Shown here: one piece after another, positions 58,886 through 64,000 of the stretch | Numbering within the stretch: the first letter of the stretch is position 1 | Layout: the number at the start of each line of letters is the position of its first letter | Origin: Elusimicrobiota bacterium | GTDB taxonomy: Bacteria > Elusimicrobiota > Elusimicrobia > UBA1565 > JACRDR01 | Assembly: GCA_041694815.1 (NCBI GenBank) | Contig: JBGFSC010000033.1 | Span: 1-64,000 of the forward strand | Direction of reading: 5' to 3' | DNA: 64,000 nucleotides | The notes under the pieces: model-generated | What the model was told of the DNA's origin: nothing | The model's database searches: none | What the model saw: only the letters and a program-made list of their open reading frames with translations | Program-made: the position numbers and the translations under genes

Positions 58886-61800
58886 ATGGCACGCCCTATC
58901 GCCCTGCTGGCCGGCCTTCTTCTGGCGCCAAGCTTTTGTTGGGCGGTCCCTCAGGATATCTCCGGCGGCATCTCCACCGCCGAACCGGGCTCGAGGAAGG
59001 TATTCTATCACGAATCCTATGATCGGACATGGGTGTTCTACCAGAACAGCTTAAGCAAGTTCGCCTACCAGTCCTACGACGGGGTCAACTGGACGGCAGA
59101 CACCCAGGTTTTTCCGGCGGCGGATGTTTCCGCGGCCGGCTGCACCGGAACCCCGGGCCCCGTGGGTAGCATCTGGTATGTCGCTTCCTCCACCCGCGTT
59201 TATGCCATTGCTGGGGAGGATTCCGCGAACGAAACCAACGACAATACCAACGCCAACTATCCCAACAAGGTCTATTTGCGCCGCGGAGACTTAAATTCGG
59301 ATGGGACGATCACCTGGGGCAGCGTGGCTTGCCGGGCCCGAGACATCACCTTTGACGGCGGATTGGGGGATTATCTGGCGGGGATGTCCGTGTCCATCGC
59401 GGTTCCCGAGGATGAAACCGCAAACGGCGGCAACAACCTCATGTGGGTGGCTCATTTTAGGCGCAGGACCACCGTTTTCCGCCAGGCCCCAGCCGGACAG
59501 AACCAAATCACGGCGGCGACTCTGGGCGGCGGAGTGGATTTGCAAGACGGCCACGCCCTTCAAGAAGCCAGCAACGCCAATGGCTTTGAGAGCGTGGTGC
59601 CTATCAACGATGCCGGGACCTGGAAATTCTTGGTAGGCAATAATGATCGTTCCGATCAATCGGATCCGATCGTAGACCGTTTTGTAGTCAGCGCCGCGGC
59701 CCGGGAGCTTGGCGGAGAACTCGACCCTACCGGTCCCGGGATCAACAACAACGCCTACTCCGTCTCCTTGGCTCCCGAGGGGGCCTCCTCCATTGTCCAT
59801 GCGGCCTATGTCGACAGCAGCGGCCGTATCGCGTATCAAAGGCGCACAGGCGCGGGGACCTGGGCCGCGGCGATCGTGGTGGATGCTTGCGCGGCGGTCA
59901 ATAGCTCTCCGTGCAAAAATCCGTCCGTGGCTTATGTGCCAGACCCCGCGACCTTTAATAGGGTGTATATCGTATATCTTTCCAGCTACGGCGCCGTCAA
60001 TTATGCCGTAGGCCCGGCCACCGCCACGGCAGCCGGAGAATTCACCGTCATCCAAGGCTGGCAGTCGAGCGGATCGAATCCGATCGTTCCGGTTAAAAGC
60101 ACGGCCCCGGCGCCGCTGGCGGTCGTTTGGAACGACGCCTCCCCACAAGCCAAGATCGACTTTATCATCACCTCCGGATACGCGTCCCCGACTGTCAGCT
60201 CGGTGGCCGAAAGCCCCGGCAAGGCCTGGTTAAGCTCCAACAAATTCGATCTGTTGATAACGGGGTCCAACTTCCTGGATCTGGGAGGCACGAAGAAGCC
60301 AAAGGTCAAGCTGTTGGAGAATGGAGCGGATCAATCCGCTATCACGGTCACTTCCACCACCTTCGTCAATGCCAGCACTCTTCGGGCTTCCATCGTCCTG
60401 ATCGCGCCGACGACCTCCTATGACGTGAGGGTTATCAATCCCGACGCGAAGTTTACCGTGTTTCAGGACACGGTGACCATTTCGTCTCCCACCCTGAGCT
60501 CTCTGACGGATGCAGACGGGAACATTCTTTCCGGAGGTATTTTCCCCAACAATAACGGTACGACCGCCATGACGCGGGATGTGACGGTCAACGGTTCTAA
60601 CTTTCAGAACTGGGGCTCCAGCGTTCCCAAGGTCTCCGTCGTTTCAGGGATTTCCTTATATGCCATTACGGGCCTTAGCAGCAACTCGTTTGTCGCAAGA
60701 CTCAAGATTTCAACGACGACGGTTGCCGGCACCTATGCCCTCACGGTTCAGAATCCGGACAATCAATCCGTGACCCAGTCCTCCACCTTTACGGTGACCC
60801 GGCCCTCGGCCACTATCAACTATCCCATCGAAGGCAACGGCCTGCTGGGCGGATTTACCACGGGCTTTGCCACCCTCAACGGGGTGGCAGACTATGATAC
60901 CACGGGGGACGGCCTGGGGGATTCGGTCGCCGGGATCACTCAAAATACATCGGATATACGCATCGTCTCCCTTGGAGGCGCCGGTTGTCCTGCAAACGGC
61001 TATCTCTGGAACGGAAGCGGATTCGCCGCGCCCGGGAGCTTCGCGGATCAGGAGCAGGAGTGGCAGGCGGCCAGCGCCCCGAGCCCGTGGGCGTACTCCA
61101 CCCTCAATATGAATCTATTCCAAGCGGTCGATACCGAAGGGTGTCCCTTCCGGCTGGAATCCCGGGGAAGGAGCTCCGATGGGGGGCGAAGCATGGCTTC
61201 CGGAGCCGGAATCGTCACCCTGACCATGGACCGCAAAAGGCCGGTGATCGATGTCACCTCTCCACCGGGCGGCCAGATCATCAATACGGCCGATAATATT
61301 TTCATGGTTTTCAGCGATGTCTCCGGAGTCAAGAAAGTGGAATTCACGCTCCAGGCGGATACCGAAACGGCCCGTTACTGGACCGGATCCTCCTGGACGG
61401 CGAACGAGATGTGGCTTTCCACCCCGGCCAGTCCCCAGATGCAGTTCAACCCTCCCACCGCCAGCAACAATGTCACCATCAGGACGATAACGGACGATCT
61501 CAAGCGCCCGGCCTGGGTGGATGGATGGAAATATCGGATCAAGGCCAGGGCCACCGACCGGTTGGAGCAATTGGGTTATGCTCCCGGCGGGGCGTCTGCC
61601 CCCACCGAAACGGTGTTCTTCTACGACGTTTCGGCTCCTACGGTGACCTTGGAGTCTCAATGGCTGAACGTCTCCACATGCACCGTGGCCTCCGGTTGCG
61701 CTACCAGCTGGAAAAGGTCCGTCCCGTCGATCGGCGGCGGCATTTCCGACAATGTTTCGATCCTGGAGGCGATCCACAACCCCAACGTCAAATTAAGGAT

Positions 61801-64000
61801 TTTCGACATCACCGCCACCAACCTTTACCTGGACACCGGCACCTTGAGCTTCACCAACATCGCGGCGGGCAACGCCTGGTTCGACGCCAAGAAAAGCGGA
61901 GGCCATGCCAATTGCAGCGTCAACGGCAGCGCCGGAACCTGGAATTGCAGCTTCAGCGCGGTGCCTGTCGGCGGCTCCTGCGGGGCGCAGGGAGGGCCCG
62001 GCTGCGGCTGGCAGAATGGCCGAGAATACCGCATCGAGGTCTACGGGTTAGACGGGGCCGGCAACTCGACCGGCACGGCGGCCAGCCCGCTGTTTACACG
62101 CTATTTCAAATTCGACGCGGACAATCCCACGATCACGATCGACTATCCGATCGAGGGCGGTCTCTACGGGCTCAACGGGACCAACGACCCGCGCGGAAGC
62201 TCGGGCGATTCCACCAGCGGCGTCGACTATGTCGAATACCGACTGGAGTATCCGGGCTCGGGCGGCCTCACCAAATGGACCAAGGGCGTGACCGGATCCT
62301 GTTCGGGCGGAGCCAAGGGCCCCAACGACTGGTGCGACCAGACCGCCGCGATCTGGAACATCGCCGGCACGACCACGACAGTCCCTTATGCCGTCTGGCA
62401 CGCCTCCGAGGCCACCAACGCCGGCAAATGGGTCAACGGCGAGCAATACGCACTGATCGCGCGCGTCGTCGACAAGGCCGGCAATTTCTCGGTGACTTAC
62501 GCCACCGTCACCTTCAAGCTCGACTCCTCCTCGCCCGTCGCCTCGGTGAGCTTTCCGGGCGCCTCCACCTTCTTTAGCGCCCAAATCGGAGGCGTCAATG
62601 GGTTCGTCCAGGATTATCCGTTGACCACGCGGCAAAGCGGAATCGATCTCATGAAAATCGGCATCCAGCGCTTGGGCGACGGCTTCTGGTGGAATGGGGC
62701 CTCCGGCTGGCAGGCGACCCGCAATGACCCGGCCCAAGCAGTGGTTCAGGGCAGCCCCGGGGAAAACACGGCTTGGAGCCACGCGAACTTCGGAGGGTTC
62801 TGGAGCAATATCACCTGGAGCAGCGAGACCTTCCGCGTCTATGCCTGGGCGCAGGACAAGGTGGATCAGCCGAGCTCCGCCTACCGCAATGTGGAGTCGT
62901 CCCAGACCTTGGATCAGACCTTCTATTATGACGTCATGTCCCCGACTTCCTCGGTCATCGCCCCGATCAACAATCAATGGTACAGCGCCGTCTCCGGCTA
63001 CGACCTCTCTTATATATTGGGCACCGCCACGGATCGTCCGGCCTCGGGGCCGGGCTCGGGAAACACCATCTTCCGGGCCTACGCGGAGATCCGCTATCCT
63101 GACGACGGCGATGCCAACAAATGTTGGGGCGGCACGGCTTTCGACAAGCAATGCTATCAGGACGGAGGCGCCACCTGCGGCTCGGCCGCCTCCAGCTGGC
63201 AAGAAATGACGATCTCGGGCAGCTCCTGGACCTTTCCGGTCCAAGCCGGAGGAGGGGCTTTATGGACCGCCATGACGGACGGCAAGACCTATCAGGTCCG
63301 GGTCTGCTCGCTCGACAACGCCGCCGACAGCACGGGCGCATCGAATTTCAGCAGCCGGAACAAAGAAACGAACTTCACGAGCAACGTCAACGAGAAAAGC
63401 CTGCGCGTCGACAAGTCCGGCCCGAGCTCGCTGATCCAATCCCCGAACCAGGCGGAGGTCTCGATCCTGACGACGATCAGCGGGACCGCCAGCGACGGCA
63501 ATAGCGGGATATTCCATGTCCGGGTGGCGTATTACGGCGAGACGGAAGCCAATTGGTGGAACCCCGTCACCCGGGCCTTCGACCTGGGGGGCGCCTCCTC
63601 CAATCCGCCGGATTCCGCTTTCATCGCCGCCTCCACGCAGACGTTAAACCCTGTTCCTTGGGAGGTCAGCGGAGCTTCCATTCCCGCCATGGTCAACGGC
63701 CAATTCTACCGCATCTTCGCCGCGGGCCAGGACCAGGTCTCGAATACGACCACCTTCCCCGGACATGGGAGCTACACGAATCCGCCGACCCAATCTTCCT
63801 TTATAAGGATCAAGCGCGTCGCCGCCGCCCCGACCTCGGCCATCAATGTTCCCGGAGCCGGAGAGCCCCATTACAAGCCCAGCGGCGGACAGTCGCTGAC
63901 CTCGATCTCCGGCTCGCTCGCCGACGCCACCACCCTGCAGATCCGCCTGACGAACGTGAGCGCCGAACCGGATCAGGTATGGACTGGGGCCTCCTGGGTG
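58886..64000 (+). CDS. Giant secreted/surface protein with tandem Ig-like repeats (>1705 aa, runs off the window)
   Basis: MARPIALLAGLLLAPSFCWA signal; frame reads sensibly at both ends and the ORF track lists no closed ORF in it; IPT/TIG-like segments, then repeats with W.G..W and D.AGN motifs. Confidence 0.88.
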   Translation, partial: MARPIALLAGLLLAPSFCWAVPQDISGGISTAEPGSRKVFYHESYDRTWVFYQNSLSKFAYQSYDGVNWTADTQVFPAADVSAAGCTGTPGPVGSIWYVASSTRVYAIAGEDSANETNDNTNANYPNKVYLRRGDLNSDGTITWGSVACRARDITFDGGLGDYLAGMSVSIAVPEDETANGGNNLMWVAHFRRRTTVFRQAPAGQNQITAATLGGGVDLQDGHALQEASNANGFESVVPINDAGTWKFLVGNNDRSDQSDPIVDRFVVSAAARELGGELDPTGPGINNNAYSVSLAPEGASSIVHAAYVDSSGRIAYQRRTGAGTWAAAIVVDACAAVNSSPCKNPSVAYVPDPATFNRVYIVYLSSYGAVNYAVGPATATAAGEFTVIQGWQSSGSNPIVPVKSTAPAPLAVVWNDASPQAKIDFIITSGYASPTVSSVAESPGKAWLSSNKFDLLITGSNFLDLGGTKKPKVKLLENGADQSAITVTSTTFVNASTLRASIVLIAPTTSYDVRVINPDAKFTVFQDTVTISSPTLSSLTDADGNILSGGIFPNNNGTTAMTRDVTVNGSNFQNWGSSVPKVSVVSGISLYAITGLSSNSFVARLKISTTTVAGTYALTVQNPDNQSVTQSSTFTVTRPSATINYPIEGNGLLGGFTTGFATLNGVADYDTTGDGLGDSVAGITQNTSDIRIVSLGGAGCPANGYLWNGSGFAAPGSFADQEQEWQAASAPSPWAYSTLNMNLFQAVDTEGCPFRLESRGRSSDGGRSMASGAGIVTLTMDRKRPVIDVTSPPGGQIINTADNIFMVFSDVSGVKKVEFTLQADTETARYWTGSSWTANEMWLSTPASPQMQFNPPTASNNVTIRTITDDLKRPAWVDGWKYRIKARATDRLEQLGYAPGGASAPTETVFFYDVSAPTVTLESQWLNVSTCTVASGCATSWKRSVPSIGGGISDNVSILEAIHNPNVKLRIFDITATNLYLDTGTLSFTNIAAGNAWFDAKKSGGHANCSVNGSAGTWNCSFSAVPVGGSCGAQGGPGCGWQNGREYRIEVYGLDGAGNSTGTAASPLFTRYFKFDADNPTITIDYPIEGGLYGLNGTNDPRGSSGDSTSGVDYVEYRLEYPGSGGLTKWTKGVTGSCSGGAKGPNDWCDQTAAIWNIAGTTTTVPYAVWHASEATNAGKWVNGEQYALIARVVDKAGNFSVTYATVTFKLDSSSPVASVSFPGASTFFSAQIGGVNGFVQDYPLTTRQSGIDLMKIGIQRLGDGFWWNGASGWQATRNDPAQAVVQGSPGENTAWSHANFGGFWSNITWSSETFRVYAWAQDKVDQPSSAYRNVESSQTLDQTFYYDVMSPTSSVIAPINNQWYSAVSGYDLSYILGTATDRPASGPGSGNTIFRAYAEIRYPDDGDANKCWGGTAFDKQCYQDGGATCGSAASSWQEMTISGSSWTFPVQAGGGALWTAMTDGKTYQVRVCSLDNAADSTGASNFSSRNKETNFTSNVNEKSLRVDKSGPSSLIQSPNQAEVSILTTISGTASDGNSGIFHVRVAYYGETEANWWNPVTRAFDLGGASSNPPDSAFIAASTQTLNPVPWEVSGASIPAMVNGQFYRIFAAGQDQVSNTTTFPGHGSYTNPPTQSSFIRIKRVAAAPTSAINVPGAGEPHYKPSGGQSLTSISGSLADATTLQIRLTNVSAEPDQVWTGASWV

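Noticed and set aside
61411..62577. 388-aa ORF and other short ORFs in 59-64 kb
   Set aside because: Alternative frames or antisense of the giant protein starting at 58886

Overview
GC-rich bacterial chromosome segment, probably Elusimicrobiota; this is an impression from gene content and style, not a search result. Housekeeping blocks: pal-cpoB-tolB, gpmA, an ABC-2 exporter, rplU-rpmA-obgE, squalene genes hpnCDE, dcd, rplM-rpsI, comM, dprA-topA-xerC, purA. It also carries a sugar-phosphate-utilising (DeoC/RpiB/PduL/aldehyde dehydrogenase) microcompartment locus preceded by 5'-nucleotidase, acid phosphatase, MFS transporter and tpiA genes, and a c-di-GMP-I riboswitch upstream of a >1700-aa repetitive surface protein missed by the ORF track. 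The main unexplained signal is three dispersed accessory clusters (about 0.1-1.3, 10.1-11.5 and 18.7-24.0 kb) sharing an upstream DNA motif. They encode five signal-peptide proteins with swappable cargo (AAA+ fragments, WD40) that all end in one ~35-aa module (...A-[EV]-[EKR]-R-F-[KR]-[LI], usually with a terminal Trp), plus five paralogous membrane proteins: a candidate undescribed export/sorting system. Two MITE-like repeat families and many apparently leaderless genes are also visible.
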